DNA of 64,000 nt, taken from NCBI GenBank assembly GCA_965214095.1, contig OZ243938.1, positions 3,872,001 through 3,936,000 on the forward strand, written 5' to 3'. The position numbers and the translations under genes were made by a program. This document shows positions 18,191 through 28,417 of this stretch, piece after piece. Positions within the stretch are counted from its first letter, which is position 1, and each line of letters begins with the position of its first letter. The notes under the pieces are model-generated. The model saw only the letters and a program-made list of their open reading frames with translations. It was not told the origin of the DNA and ran no database searches. The DNA comes from Candidatus Poribacteria bacterium. Lineage in GTDB: Bacteria > Poribacteria > WGA-4E > WGA-3G.

Positions 18191-19903
18191 CTACCAATCC
18201 TGCGTAATCTGTATCAGTTGATTTGCTGTTATATTTTGAAGTGACTGCGTTTTTCCGTTAGTCCAGATAACCTTCAACAACTTAATCTGTGTTGACTTAC
18301 CTAATCCAAATTCAGCGGCATAACTGTTAGATGACATGTAACTTTCACCAGCATATATTTCTCGTATCTGTGTGGCATCAGCGGTTGTAAGTTGTATTTT
18401 CGCTCCAACAGCATATCGGTTTTCATTAGTACCTATCAATTTCACATGTAACCATTTGTTGCTATTCTTCAAAGTATCAGCTTGATTTTGAAGTAAAGTA
18501 GGTTTCGCATAATTGTTGACGATGAAAATGTCTACATCACCATCATTATCATAATCTCCGAAAGTAGCACCGCGACTGACACGAAAGGGAAGATCGGCAA
18601 TACCTGTGCTTTTACTTACGTCACTGAATACACCATTACCATCATTCTGGAACAGTTGATTGTGCTGTGGAATGAGTGTTTCTGGTTCATCTAATTTCTG
18701 GAAAGTACTACCGTTAGCAACGAATACATCTAAATCGCCATCGTTGTCATAATCAAATAGGGAAGTACCCCAACCAATTTCCTTGATGCTAACTTCAGCC
18801 AACATAGTGGTATAGGATTCATCTACGAATCTGATTCGTTTCGTGTTGTTCTCCTCATTCAACAAATTTCTGTAAAGCACATTTTCCTGATCAATCCAGT
18901 GCGTGATGAATAAGTCAATATCCCCATCGGAGTCGTAATCTCCCGTTGCTAATCCCATAGAACCGCGAAAGTCTGCTGCCCAAGACTCAGCACTGACATC
19001 AGTAAACGTACCATTTCCATTGTTACTGTAGATATGGTTTTCCGATGTGTCATTTGCAACATAGAGATCTACATCATTGTCATTATCAAAGTCGCTGAAG
19101 ATTGCCTGCATACTTCTCCCACCCGATGCAGCTACCCCCGCTTCAATCGTAACATCTGTAAATGTCCCATCACCGTTGTTCTGGTACAGCACGTTGTCTT
19201 GCGATTCAAAAACGGTGGGATTCAGGGCACTTGGTCCATATATTTCTGCTTGGTTTGCACCGATATTCATTTCCTGCAACTTTTCAAGATTGTATTTAAC
19301 ATAGTTACACACATATAGGTCTAAATCGTCATCTCCATCATAATCAGCAAACACAGCACCTGTACTCCATAGTGGACAACCTACGCCTGTCGTTTGAGTC
19401 ACATCAGTAAATGTACTATTCCCATTATTGCGATAGAGAACATTTTCACCGTAGTTTGTTACATATAGGTCGAGGTTGCCATCACCATTATAATCTGCAA
19501 AGACACACCCCATCCCGTAACCTGTGTCACCAACATTCGCAGATTCAGTTATGTCTGTGAAAGTCGCATCCCCGTTATTCCTATATAATACATTTGTAGG
19601 TACGTTTTTCACTTGCTTTGATGAAATATTCTTAAAAGGCCCATTGATATTTACAATGTATAAATCCAGATCACCGTCATTATCAATATCTGCGAAACCT
19701 GCACCTGAACCCATATCTTCTGGGAGAAGACTGGAACGTGAACCAATTGAGTGCTTGAAACGGATACCTGCATCGTCGGTTACATCAACAAAAGTAGGGG
19801 ACTGTGCATGAACATATATTACTATAGACAAGAATACGACAAGACACAGAATGGAGAGGGAAATGTGTCTATCTCCGATTGTTGTATCTATATATGTCTT
19901 CAT
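18191..19903 (-). CDS. CRTAC1-family FG-GAP/VCBS repeat protein with ASPIC/UnbV domain
   Basis: Repeated ADxDNDGDLDLYV and LYRNNGDGTFTDV; C-terminal GAKI...GESYMS...FGLG...W.NG; signal peptide. Confidence 0.9.
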   Translation of the reverse strand: MKTYIDTTIGDRHISLSILCLVVFLSIVIYVHAQSPTFVDVTDDAGIRFKHSIGSRSSLLPEDMGSGAGFADIDNDGDLDLYIVNINGPFKNISSKQVKNVPTNVLYRNNGDATFTDITESANVGDTGYGMGCVFADYNGDGNLDLYVTNYGENVLYRNNGNSTFTDVTQTTGVGCPLWSTGAVFADYDGDDDLDLYVCNYVKYNLEKLQEMNIGANQAEIYGPSALNPTVFESQDNVLYQNNGDGTFTDVTIEAGVAASGGRSMQAIFSDFDNDNDVDLYVANDTSENHIYSNNGNGTFTDVSAESWAADFRGSMGLATGDYDSDGDIDLFITHWIDQENVLYRNLLNEENNTKRIRFVDESYTTMLAEVSIKEIGWGTSLFDYDNDGDLDVFVANGSTFQKLDEPETLIPQHNQLFQNDGNGVFSDVSKSTGIADLPFRVSRGATFGDYDNDGDVDIFIVNNYAKPTLLQNQADTLKNSNKWLHVKLIGTNENRYAVGAKIQLTTADATQIREIYAGESYMSSNSYAAEFGLGKSTQIKLLKVIWTNGKTQSLQNITANQLIQITQDW

Positions 19904-21258
19904 GATTTTAGGAAGTTGGTAAAGATATTACGGTTTAAAAACCGTTCGTCATTAAGGATATCTTGATGGAGTGGAATAGTGGTCTTTATGCCTTCAATTT
20001 TAAATTCAGATAACGCACGTTTCATCCGGGAAATTGCTTCGTTACGATCACTACCTATTGCGATCAATTTAGCCACCAGTGAATCGTAGTGGGGTGGTAC
20101 CGTATAACCGTTGTAAACATATCCATCAACCCGAATACCGATACCGCCAGGAGGCTGATAGTCTGTTACCAAACCAGGAGAAGGCATAAACTGATTGGCT
20201 GGGTCTTCTGCATTGATGCGACATTCAATTGCGTGTCCCTTGATGTGAATGTCAGATTGATTGTACCCAAGTTCCTCACCCATCGCCAACCTTATCTGTT
20301 CCTTAATCAGGTCGACACCGGTAATGCTTTCTGTGATGGTATGTTCAACTTGAATACGCGTATTCATCTCAAGGAAATAGTAGTTTTCGTTTTTATCAAC
20401 GACAAACTCTATTGTGCCGGCATTCCTATATCCGATTGACTTGGCAGCCTTGACAGCTGCTTTGCAGATTTCATTACGGACTTTAGTGGATATGGACGCT
20501 GCAGGTGCTTCCTCAAGCAATTTCTGCTGTTTGCGTTGAATAGAACATTCGCGTTCCCCGAAGTGCACAACATTGCCGTGAGCATCCCCTAAAACCTGTA
20601 CTTCAATGTGTCGTGCGTCTTCAATCCATTTTTCAATGTAGACATCACCGTTTCCAAAAGCGGCTTCGCTTTCTGCTTTTGCGGTATGAAACAGGTTGAA
20701 CAGACTCGGACGATTGTATGCAATGCGAATACCACGTCCCCCGCCGCCTGCTGAAGCCTTGATTCCGACAGGGTAACCGATTTTTTCAGCAAGTTCAGCT
20801 GCTTCTTCAGGTGTTTCAACTGTCGCTTTCTTATCTTTTTTCCGTTTTTTACTTTGGCTACCTGGAACAAGTTTCAATCCAGCCTTCGCGACTGTCTCAA
20901 GCGCAGTTATCTTGTCCCCCATAGTAATCAGATCTTTAATGGAAGGTCCAATGAATTTAATTTGATGTGCTTCACATATCTCTGCAAATTGTGCATCTTC
21001 TGCGAGGAAACCGGCACCAGGATGTATTGCATCAACATTAGCAAAATCTGCGACAGCTGTGATGTTCGCGTATTTAAGATAACTTTCTGCGGAGGGTGGT
21101 GGACCGATACAGTATGCCTCATCCGCGTACTTGACGTGGAGTGCATCTTTATCTGCTGTAGAATATACTGCCACAGTCTTTATATCCATGTCCTTACAGG
21201 CACGTATGACACGGATAGCGATCTCGCCTCGGTTGGCAATCAGAATTTTTTGAAACAT
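19900..21258 (-). CDS. accC: Acetyl-CoA carboxylase biotin carboxylase subunit
   Basis: KILIANRGEIA, GGGGRG, ERECSIQR, EMNTRIQVEH, ECRINAEDP. Confidence 0.95.
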   Translation of the reverse strand: MFQKILIANRGEIAIRVIRACKDMDIKTVAVYSTADKDALHVKYADEAYCIGPPPSAESYLKYANITAVADFANVDAIHPGAGFLAEDAQFAEICEAHQIKFIGPSIKDLITMGDKITALETVAKAGLKLVPGSQSKKRKKDKKATVETPEEAAELAEKIGYPVGIKASAGGGGRGIRIAYNRPSLFNLFHTAKAESEAAFGNGDVYIEKWIEDARHIEVQVLGDAHGNVVHFGERECSIQRKQQKLLEEAPAASISTKVRNEICKAAVKAAKSIGYRNAGTIEFVVDKNENYYFLEMNTRIQVEHTITESITGVDLIKEQIRLAMGEELGYNQSDIHIKGHAIECRINAEDPANQFMPSPGLVTDYQPPGGIGIRVDGYVYNGYTVPPHYDSLVAKLIAIGSDRNEAISRMKRALSEFKIEGIKTTIPLHQDILNDERFLNRNIFTNFLKS

Positions 21259-21262
21259 AGTC

Positions 21263-21748
21263 TTAGTTTTGCCTCACACGGAAGAGGGGTTGATTATATT
21301 CAACTGCTTCTCCATCTTCAATAAAGATTTCAAGGATTTCACAATCGAAAGGTGCTTCAACATCGTTATATGTTTTCATGACTTCCAAAGTAGCGATAGG
21401 CTCACCAGCCCCAACTGAATCGCCTACATCAATAAATGGGGGTTCATCGGGTGCGGGGGATCGATAAAACCGGGCAGGCATAGGCGAACGAATTATATCA
21501 TCACCTGTTTCGCTTTCTGTAACAAGTGTTGGTGCTACTGGACCTGTAGATGTAGGTGCAGTAGTAATCTGCTGAACGGTTGCGCGTGAAATCTCAATTT
21601 CAATTTCACCCTCACGAACTCGAATCGAGGCTAAATCTGAGTGTTCTGCAATTGTAATCAGTTGCTCAAGCCGTTCAATGAGTAGATCAGAGTTGATTTC
21701 AGCATCAGCCGTAGAATCTTGTTCTTTACTATTATCGTTTTTATTCAT
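21263..21748 (-). CDS. accB: Biotin carboxyl carrier protein
   Basis: SPM...FYRSPAP, biotinylation motif EVMKT, VEYNQPLF. Confidence 0.93.
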   Translation of the reverse strand: MNKNDNSKEQDSTADAEINSDLLIERLEQLITIAEHSDLASIRVREGEIEIEISRATVQQITTAPTSTGPVAPTLVTESETGDDIIRSPMPARFYRSPAPDEPPFIDVGDSVGAGEPIATLEVMKTYNDVEAPFDCEILEIFIEDGEAVEYNQPLFRVRQN

Positions 21749-21751
21749 GTT

Positions 21752-22309
21752 TTAAACCCTTTCAACGTATTTTCCAGTCCGTGTGTCTACTTTTATGGTC
21801 GTTTCATTTTTAACAAAGAGCGGGACATTGACGACAGCCCCAGTCTCTAATTTTGCCGGTTTTGTTCCACCACTCACTGTATCTCCACGTAACCCTGGGT
21901 CAGTTTCAACAATTTGGAGTTCAACGAAGGTTGGCAATTCTACAGCAAGGGGTGTAGCACCATCCATTTTGACGATAACATTCTCACCTTCTTTTAGATA
22001 CTTCACGTTTTCACCGAGCATTGCTTCTGGAAGTTGATGCTGATCAAATGATTCGTTGTCCATGAACCAATGCAACTCACCTTCTCTGTAGAGGTACTGC
22101 ATCTCTTGATCTGTAAGGCGTACAGTTTCAATAGATTCACTGGAACGAAAAGTGCGGTCAAGAACTGCCCCATCTTTGACTCGCTTTATTTTTGTTCTGG
22201 CGAATGCTCCTCCTTTTCCCGGCTTAACGTGTTCACAGTCTACTACAGTGTAGACGATATCATCAAGTCGGATTACTAATCCGTTCCGTAAGTCTTTTAA
22301 TGCTGCCAT
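21752..22309 (-). CDS. efp: Elongation factor P
   Basis: HVKPGKGGAF, GDT...KPAKLETG, VPLF, DTRTGKYVER. Confidence 0.97.
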   Translation of the reverse strand: MAALKDLRNGLVIRLDDIVYTVVDCEHVKPGKGGAFARTKIKRVKDGAVLDRTFRSSESIETVRLTDQEMQYLYREGELHWFMDNESFDQHQLPEAMLGENVKYLKEGENVIVKMDGATPLAVELPTFVELQIVETDPGLRGDTVSGGTKPAKLETGAVVNVPLFVKNETTIKVDTRTGKYVERV

Positions 22310-22385
22310 TAATATTCCTTTCTATAATACCGAAGTATGTATTCTATCAAGATTTCATATATGTGTTAATAGTGCTTTTGAATGA

Positions 22386-22976
22386 TCATATTAATTCAAG
22401 TGCTAATCGCAACGCTTCTCCTCTATGACTGATGCTGTTTTTGACAGTTTCACCTAATTCCGCAAAAGTTTCCTCATATCCATCTGGCACAAAAATTGGG
22501 TCATATCCGAAGCCGCTTTCTCCTGACGGTGTCTGGGTGATCTGTCCTTCACATTTTCCCACAACAACTTTTATGTCATTGCTATTATTCGGTTCAGCAA
22601 TGGCGATTGCTGCGACAAATCGTGCCTTCCGATTTGTCGCACCTTCTATTGCTTCAAGCAACTTCTGGATACGGATAGCATCGGTAGCATCCTCACCTGC
22701 CCATCGTTTTGAATGAATACCAGGTGCACCGTTAAGTGCATCAACTTCTAATCCAGCATCATCGGCAAGTGTGCGATGTCCTGTCCACTCTGCAATTACT
22801 GTTGCTTTCTTGGCTGCGTTCTCTTGATATGTATCTCCATCCTCAACCACTTCTGGTGCATCGGGAAAATCCTGAAGCGATAAGATCTGAATGTTCCGAT
22901 GCTCTTTATCTGTGTTGAGCATTGTTGTCAACTCTTTGACTTTGCCAAGATTACGGGTTGCCAATACTAACTTCAT
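22386..22976 (-). CDS. rdgB: dITP/XTP pyrophosphatase (Ham1 family)
   Basis: [43 protein letters not shown]; follows rph. Confidence 0.93.
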   Translation of the reverse strand: MKLVLATRNLGKVKELTTMLNTDKEHRNIQILSLQDFPDAPEVVEDGDTYQENAAKKATVIAEWTGHRTLADDAGLEVDALNGAPGIHSKRWAGEDATDAIRIQKLLEAIEGATNRKARFVAAIAIAEPNNSNDIKVVVGKCEGQITQTPSGESGFGYDPIFVPDGYEETFAELGETVKNSISHRGEALRLALELI

Positions 22977-23754
22977 CAAGATTCTCAAGCATAATTCTGT
23001 TCTGTAGACGAACAAGTTGTTGAATTCCATTTACAGCAAGGTCAAGTAATTCATCAGACTCTTCACGAGTAAACGGGTTATGTTCAGCAGTGCCTTGGAT
23101 TTCAATGAACTTACCACTTCCTGTCATGACAACATTCATGTCAACATCCGCAGCAGAATCTTCAGTATAACAGAGATCCAGCATTGGCGTTCCATCAATA
23201 ATACCAACGCTTGTTGCGGCGATATTCTCAACGATAGGCAACTCATCAATTATCTTCTGATCTTGTAGTGTCTTACATGCATCCCAAAGTGCCACATAAG
23301 CTCCCGTTATCGCGGCAGTACGTGTTCCACCATCTGCTTGGATGACATCACAATCAAGCCAAATTGTCCTCTCACCTAAAATGTCAAGGTCAACAGCTGC
23401 CCGTAGCGATCTGCCTATGAGTCTTTGTATTTCCTGGGTTCGTCCACCGAGTCGTCCTTGTGTTGCTTCGCGTTGCATGCGTTCAGAAGTGGAACGTGGT
23501 AACATTGAATATTCTGCAGTAACCCACCCTCTACCTTGAATGTTTTGCTCTCTCATAAAACGTGGTTGCCGATCATCCACTGATGCTGTGCAGATAACCT
23601 TCGTATTCCCTGTATTTATCAGGACTGATCCTTCTGCGTGTATAGTATAATTGCGCTGTATTGTAACAGGACGCATCTCATCCGGTTTTCTCTCATCATC
23701 TCGGATAATTGCCCTCTCAGTATGTCGGACATTATTGGTATTTTGTGTTGTCAT
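22951..23754 (-). CDS. rph: Ribonuclease PH
   Basis: [48 protein letters not shown]. Confidence 0.96.
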   Translation of the reverse strand: MTTQNTNNVRHTERAIIRDDERKPDEMRPVTIQRNYTIHAEGSVLINTGNTKVICTASVDDRQPRFMREQNIQGRGWVTAEYSMLPRSTSERMQREATQGRLGGRTQEIQRLIGRSLRAAVDLDILGERTIWLDCDVIQADGGTRTAAITGAYVALWDACKTLQDQKIIDELPIVENIAATSVGIIDGTPMLDLCYTEDSAADVDMNVVMTGSGKFIEIQGTAEHNPFTREESDELLDLAVNGIQQLVRLQNRIMLENLDEVSIGNP

Positions 23755-23980
23755 AAGTTAAACTCTTGTAATATTTTAGTGTTGTCAATTATGACAATCC
23801 ATAGCTGGCAATACAATGACATGATAGTCAGATTCTCTTTTGATAGAGGTTTTGTAAGCCCAATGTTGTGAACCTAAACCTACAAAATCGGACTTACAAA
23901 ACCTTCCAGCAATAAGTAGGATACATTAATTGACATATATGGAAATCAATTAGTTCTGCTCAAGCAATGTTATTACGCAA

Positions 23981-24184
23981 TTACAATTCTTTAAGTAGCT
24001 CCAACGCCTTTGTATAACTTTTCCGTTCCAAATAGTGCATTAGCATTTTTGGTGCGGTTTCTTTAATTTCGGTTGATAACTGCTGAATTCGGAGCAGTTG
24101 ATCTGTAATTTCGCCACCAGCAGAGATACGGTTCATCATATCTTCTAATGTGTTGTGAAGTTCAGTAGATTGTTGTGTTGTCAT
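23981..24184 (-). CDS. Small hypothetical protein
   Basis: ATGA overlap with the upstream PhyH stop; helical, ending HYLERKSYTKALE. Confidence 0.65.
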   Translation of the reverse strand: MTTQQSTELHNTLEDMMNRISAGGEITDQLLRIQQLSTEIKETAPKMLMHYLERKSYTKALELLKEL

Positions 24185-25113
24185 TGTGCACCATTCTCTT
24201 CCGTAGGTATAGGTGGTAGTTCGTTGACTGCTTTACATGTTCGCAAGCCTATGCTTTTCGGTGGTTCATCATATCCTTTCCAAGAATACGGGTCAACGCC
24301 TGAAACAGGAACAACACAGCGACGGTCAGCACTTGCGGGGCGTTCACCTTCTCTGATTGACCACGGTAACAACGACCATGAATTACAGTAATGATTAACA
24401 AGCACACGTCGGAATGTACTGCCACGATTTTTGCGGGAACGGTGGAGTAAATATCCGTTGAAGAAAACCAGTGCACCAGTTTCCACCTCAACAGGGACTT
24501 CTTCAGAACCGTCAAAGCCGTAACTCTCTTGAGCGAAGTCAAATTCATCAGGATTTTCGTGATTGCGTTGTGGATAGAGATACCCTTGACGATGTGAACC
24601 AGGGAGCACCCACAGGCACCCGTTTTCAACATTAGCATCGTCCATTGCAATCCATGCACCGATTAGGGAACGGTCACGAGTGGGAATATAGATCTCATCC
24701 TGATGCCACGCCTGTCCTTGAAAATTAGGTGGTTTGACAAATAGCATGGACTGCATACACTTGACACTACCGTCCCAATAAGGCAGGTGTGCAGCGGTTA
24801 TTTGACTAAGAATACCGCAGATTTTAGGATGCTTGACATACTGCTCAATAGTATCGCTTACGAAATGCGGTTGATGGATACAGAGAATCCTACCTATTGC
24901 TTCTTCGTCTGTAACACTATCAGGCAGTGGATTCATATTATCGCATTCATATCCACCGCGAGCAAGTCTGACTGCATCTTGTCTGAGTTCTTCAATCTCA
25001 CTTTTGGAAAGCAAGTTCGGTACGACAAGGTAACCGTTGTCTATAAAAAACTGACATTCTTCGTCAGATACGATATTTGGAACATCAATTCGTTCTGATA
25101 TTTCAGGACCCAT
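24181..25113 (-). CDS. PhyH family dioxygenase
   Basis: FVKPP, AWHQDE, ENGCLWVLPGSH, LLHRS. Confidence 0.92.
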   Translation of the reverse strand: MGPEISERIDVPNIVSDEECQFFIDNGYLVVPNLLSKSEIEELRQDAVRLARGGYECDNMNPLPDSVTDEEAIGRILCIHQPHFVSDTIEQYVKHPKICGILSQITAAHLPYWDGSVKCMQSMLFVKPPNFQGQAWHQDEIYIPTRDRSLIGAWIAMDDANVENGCLWVLPGSHRQGYLYPQRNHENPDEFDFAQESYGFDGSEEVPVEVETGALVFFNGYLLHRSRKNRGSTFRRVLVNHYCNSWSLLPWSIREGERPASADRRCVVPVSGVDPYSWKGYDEPPKSIGLRTCKAVNELPPIPTEENGAQ

Positions 25114-25163
25114 TTGTTTATATTCCTCCTATGGCTTAATCAAAATATGAAGTCTTTCTACGA

Positions 25164-27260
25164 CTATACCCTATTTGCCAGGAACATCTCCGTTATTGCA
25201 AGTGCAAATACAGCTAACAAGATAAATGTAGAAAGGCTCTGATTTCTCTCTACATCCTCTTTATATTTTTTCACAATTTCAGGTGTAAGTTCGGTTGGTG
25301 TGCGATCTGTTTCTGTCGTACCAATTAGCATGCTGGTCAATTCTTCAGGATTCCGGGGCGTTAAATCCGACTCCACAGTATCCACATTGATAACGAAATA
25401 GCGTTGTTCTTCACCAGACTGATGCACTGAATAGATACCTGGATTTAATGTATCTTCATAAAAGAGATTGCCCTGTTCATTTAGTGACATCCTTGTTTCT
25501 TTACGGTCAGGATCAAAGACTGCTACCTCTTTTCCCGCATTTTCTTGAGAACTACTGTATTCTATTCCATCACCAATCCGATAATCTGGCACTTTACCAG
25601 CTTGCTTCAATGCCAAATATTTTATGGTTTCATGAAGGAACGGAAGAAAGACACCGTGTATAGGCAAGTCATTCCACTCCCTATCAATCGTGGAAGTATA
25701 ACATAATACACGTCCGTTTCCATATATTTTTTCTACAACTGCTGGATTTCCATCATCAAAAACAGCGATGACGGAGGCATCAGATGTGGGTGTTGACTGA
25801 TAATAACGGAAGAAACGTCCTTTGGCAAAATCACCATGATTTGGATTACTAAACGGTGCAAAAATGGGATGTCGATATTCTACATTCGCAATAACCTGAA
25901 ATTCCTCTTTACCGATGGGATCACCAACAGCTTGCATTAATGTGCAAGGCAAGAGTGAATTTTCGGTTCCACCAAGTAGTTGTTGATAAACACCAGAATC
26001 CACCTGATCTCCCATTGTGAGAATTAATCCGCCGCCAACATTGACATAAGTTTTCAACCTTTCTGCTTCAGTAGAGCTCATTTTGCTGAGATTTGCGAGG
26101 ATTAGCACATCATATCTTTGTATGACAGCTGCGGATGGAATAGTAGTAGATTCAGTATAATCAATTGGCACGCCATCATCCCCAACATCCACAAGTGCTC
26201 TTGTCAAAAAGAAGGTTTCATCATCTATATCATTTCTTTTCCGTTCACCATTGACGCAGTGCGCCTTGATGGACTTCATACTTTGGACAGTAAAATAACG
26301 GACATTGTCAATTTCCAGGTCATCACTCTCAATTTCAACCCTACCTGTATGAGCCGATTCTGTTTGAAGATCGATTTTGATCCTAAAGGCAGCATCTAAA
26401 CTGTCATTAGGTTCAATATCCAATTGTAATGTTTCTACCTTATTATTATCAATGAAAAGGCTAACGGGGAGATTCTCAACACGTTCATTACTGTAGTTGT
26501 GGATACGTGCCACCAATTCTGCATCTTTTTGATCGAGAAGGACAATAGGGGGAACATTGATAACTGTAACTGCTCTGTTTTCTTGCTGTTCAGCTGCAAC
26601 ATCAACAAATTCAATATTAACATCTGGACTCAAGCGATCCGTTTCAAGGAAACTTTCCCATCCACTCTTTTGCAGGTCAGCAACAAGATATATCTGCTTC
26701 TGACCAACTGAAACAGCCTTAAGTATTTCATTAGCAGTTTGTATAGCATCAAGGTAATCCGTTGTATAATTTGTTAACGTTGCATTTTCTATGGCAGATC
26801 TGATGTGACTATGTTCAGAGTCAATTGGTAATATCTGTCTTGCTTTGTCTGCAGATAGAATAAGTGCTACGGCATCTGCACTTTCTAAACTATCAAGCCG
26901 TTTAATTGCCTCTTTTTTGGCTTCTGCAAATGTGTCTGCATACTGCATACTGTAAGAAGTATCCAAAATTATCACAGCATTTCTCACACCACCTAATTCG
27001 GGTGCTGTTGCGGGGTCCTCAGCAAAAAATGGTCGTGCAAAGGCAAAACCGAGTAGCAGTAGCATCAACATACGCATCAGTAGCAGAAGTAATCGCTTTA
27101 GTTTATGTCGCTGCACATTCGTTTGATGTGACATCTGAATAAAGCGAACAGTACTAAAGACAAGTCGCCGTGCCCGTTCCCGGTTCAATAAATGGATAAT
27201 CAGAGGGATAGATGCCCCTACTGCCCCTGCTACGGCAAACATTCCAGCTAAAAGACCCAT
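25164..27260 (-). CDS. BatA/aerotolerance N-terminal + vWA domain protein
   Basis: IPLIIHLLNR BatA N-terminus, MIDAS DTSYSM, GATase-like C-terminal region, C-terminal TM. Confidence 0.85.
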   Translation of the reverse strand: MGLLAGMFAVAGAVGASIPLIIHLLNRERARRLVFSTVRFIQMSHQTNVQRHKLKRLLLLLMRMLMLLLLGFAFARPFFAEDPATAPELGGVRNAVIILDTSYSMQYADTFAEAKKEAIKRLDSLESADAVALILSADKARQILPIDSEHSHIRSAIENATLTNYTTDYLDAIQTANEILKAVSVGQKQIYLVADLQKSGWESFLETDRLSPDVNIEFVDVAAEQQENRAVTVINVPPIVLLDQKDAELVARIHNYSNERVENLPVSLFIDNNKVETLQLDIEPNDSLDAAFRIKIDLQTESAHTGRVEIESDDLEIDNVRYFTVQSMKSIKAHCVNGERKRNDIDDETFFLTRALVDVGDDGVPIDYTESTTIPSAAVIQRYDVLILANLSKMSSTEAERLKTYVNVGGGLILTMGDQVDSGVYQQLLGGTENSLLPCTLMQAVGDPIGKEEFQVIANVEYRHPIFAPFSNPNHGDFAKGRFFRYYQSTPTSDASVIAVFDDGNPAVVEKIYGNGRVLCYTSTIDREWNDLPIHGVFLPFLHETIKYLALKQAGKVPDYRIGDGIEYSSSQENAGKEVAVFDPDRKETRMSLNEQGNLFYEDTLNPGIYSVHQSGEEQRYFVINVDTVESDLTPRNPEELTSMLIGTTETDRTPTELTPEIVKKYKEDVERNQSLSTFILLAVFALAITEMFLANRV

Positions 27261-27294
27261 CGTGTTTATCTCCTTCGTTCACTCTTTACACAGT

Positions 27295-27432
27295 TTATAG
27301 TAAAAACCATAATTATTTACACACTACGGTAGGTTCGGTTCCTAACCGAACTGGTGTTTGTTCTGTCTCATAGAAGCGGTTAGGAAACCGTTTCTACCGG
27401 GAGTGTGCATGTATTTTTACATTTCGCTATAA
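27295..27432. mobile_element. TIR-bounded miniature element (copy D, inverted relative to B)
   Basis: Near reverse complement of 13591..13729 along its full length. Confidence 0.75.
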
Positions 27433-27441
27433 CTACCACTA

Positions 27442-28404
27442 TTATATAAATCCCTGTCGTTTCGCTAGATATGATGAGAGTGCCCTATCAATCGGTGTTG
27501 TCGTATTCATCAAATTATAATCTATATCCGATTGGTTTAATGTTGTTCGGTAATGATTTATAAATTCGTTAAAATTACTGAGATAACTTTCTTGTATCAC
27601 TTGTGGAGTTGTAATTATCTCTTGGTCGCTTTCAGAATCGACGAATCTGATGAGTCTTTCAAACTCAAAATCTACTTCCTGTTGAGATAGAATATGAAAA
27701 ACAATGACTTCGTGTCCATCATATCGCAAGTGTTCCAAACCTTCAATAACTTCATCAGGATTTTCATCGTATAGGTCAGAAATCAAAATGACTAACCCCC
27801 GTTTCGTAAGCCGTTCTGCGATTTGGTGTAGCGGTTCTCCGATGCGTGTTTGCTTTTCCGTTTGAATGTTCTCCAATGTTAACAAGATAGTGTGCATGTG
27901 CGATGCACTACTCCGTGCTGGCAAGTACTGATGGACTTTGTCGTCAAAATATGCAAATCCAACTGCATCTCGTTGCTTCGCCATGAAATAGGAGAGAGAA
28001 GCGATGAGAAAACATCCATAGCGGAGTTTGGATAATGGACCTGTTGTTGATGATTCATCGGTTTGTTGGATTTCATCTATCTCCGCTAAATCTTCAGGAG
28101 CGGGATGTGCCATAGACTGACTCGTATCCAACAAGATATAGCAGTTGAGGTTTGTCTCTTCCTCAAACTGCTTGATATAGTAACGATCAGTTCTTCCATA
28201 GACTTTCCAGTCAATGTGTTTTGTATCGTCTCCCGGCATATATTGTCTATATTGCGAAAACTCAACACTAAACCCGTGATAAGGACTTTTGTGTAAACCA
28301 GAGATAAATCCTTCCACTACATATTTGGCAATGAGTTCAAGGTTCCCTATTTGTGCAAGAATGGTGGGATTTAAGTAATTTCGTCCTTCTAATCGCTGTT
28401 GCAT
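27442..28404 (-). CDS. DUF58 (vWA-like, MoxR-associated) protein
   Basis: GLHKSPYHGFSVEFSQYRQYMPGDD...IDWK, LLDTSQSM, ISDL. Confidence 0.9.
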   Translation of the reverse strand: MQQRLEGRNYLNPTILAQIGNLELIAKYVVEGFISGLHKSPYHGFSVEFSQYRQYMPGDDTKHIDWKVYGRTDRYYIKQFEEETNLNCYILLDTSQSMAHPAPEDLAEIDEIQQTDESSTTGPLSKLRYGCFLIASLSYFMAKQRDAVGFAYFDDKVHQYLPARSSASHMHTILLTLENIQTEKQTRIGEPLHQIAERLTKRGLVILISDLYDENPDEVIEGLEHLRYDGHEVIVFHILSQQEVDFEFERLIRFVDSESDQEIITTPQVIQESYLSNFNEFINHYRTTLNQSDIDYNLMNTTTPIDRALSSYLAKRQGFI

Positions 28405-28417
28405 GTGTGTTGGTTTC

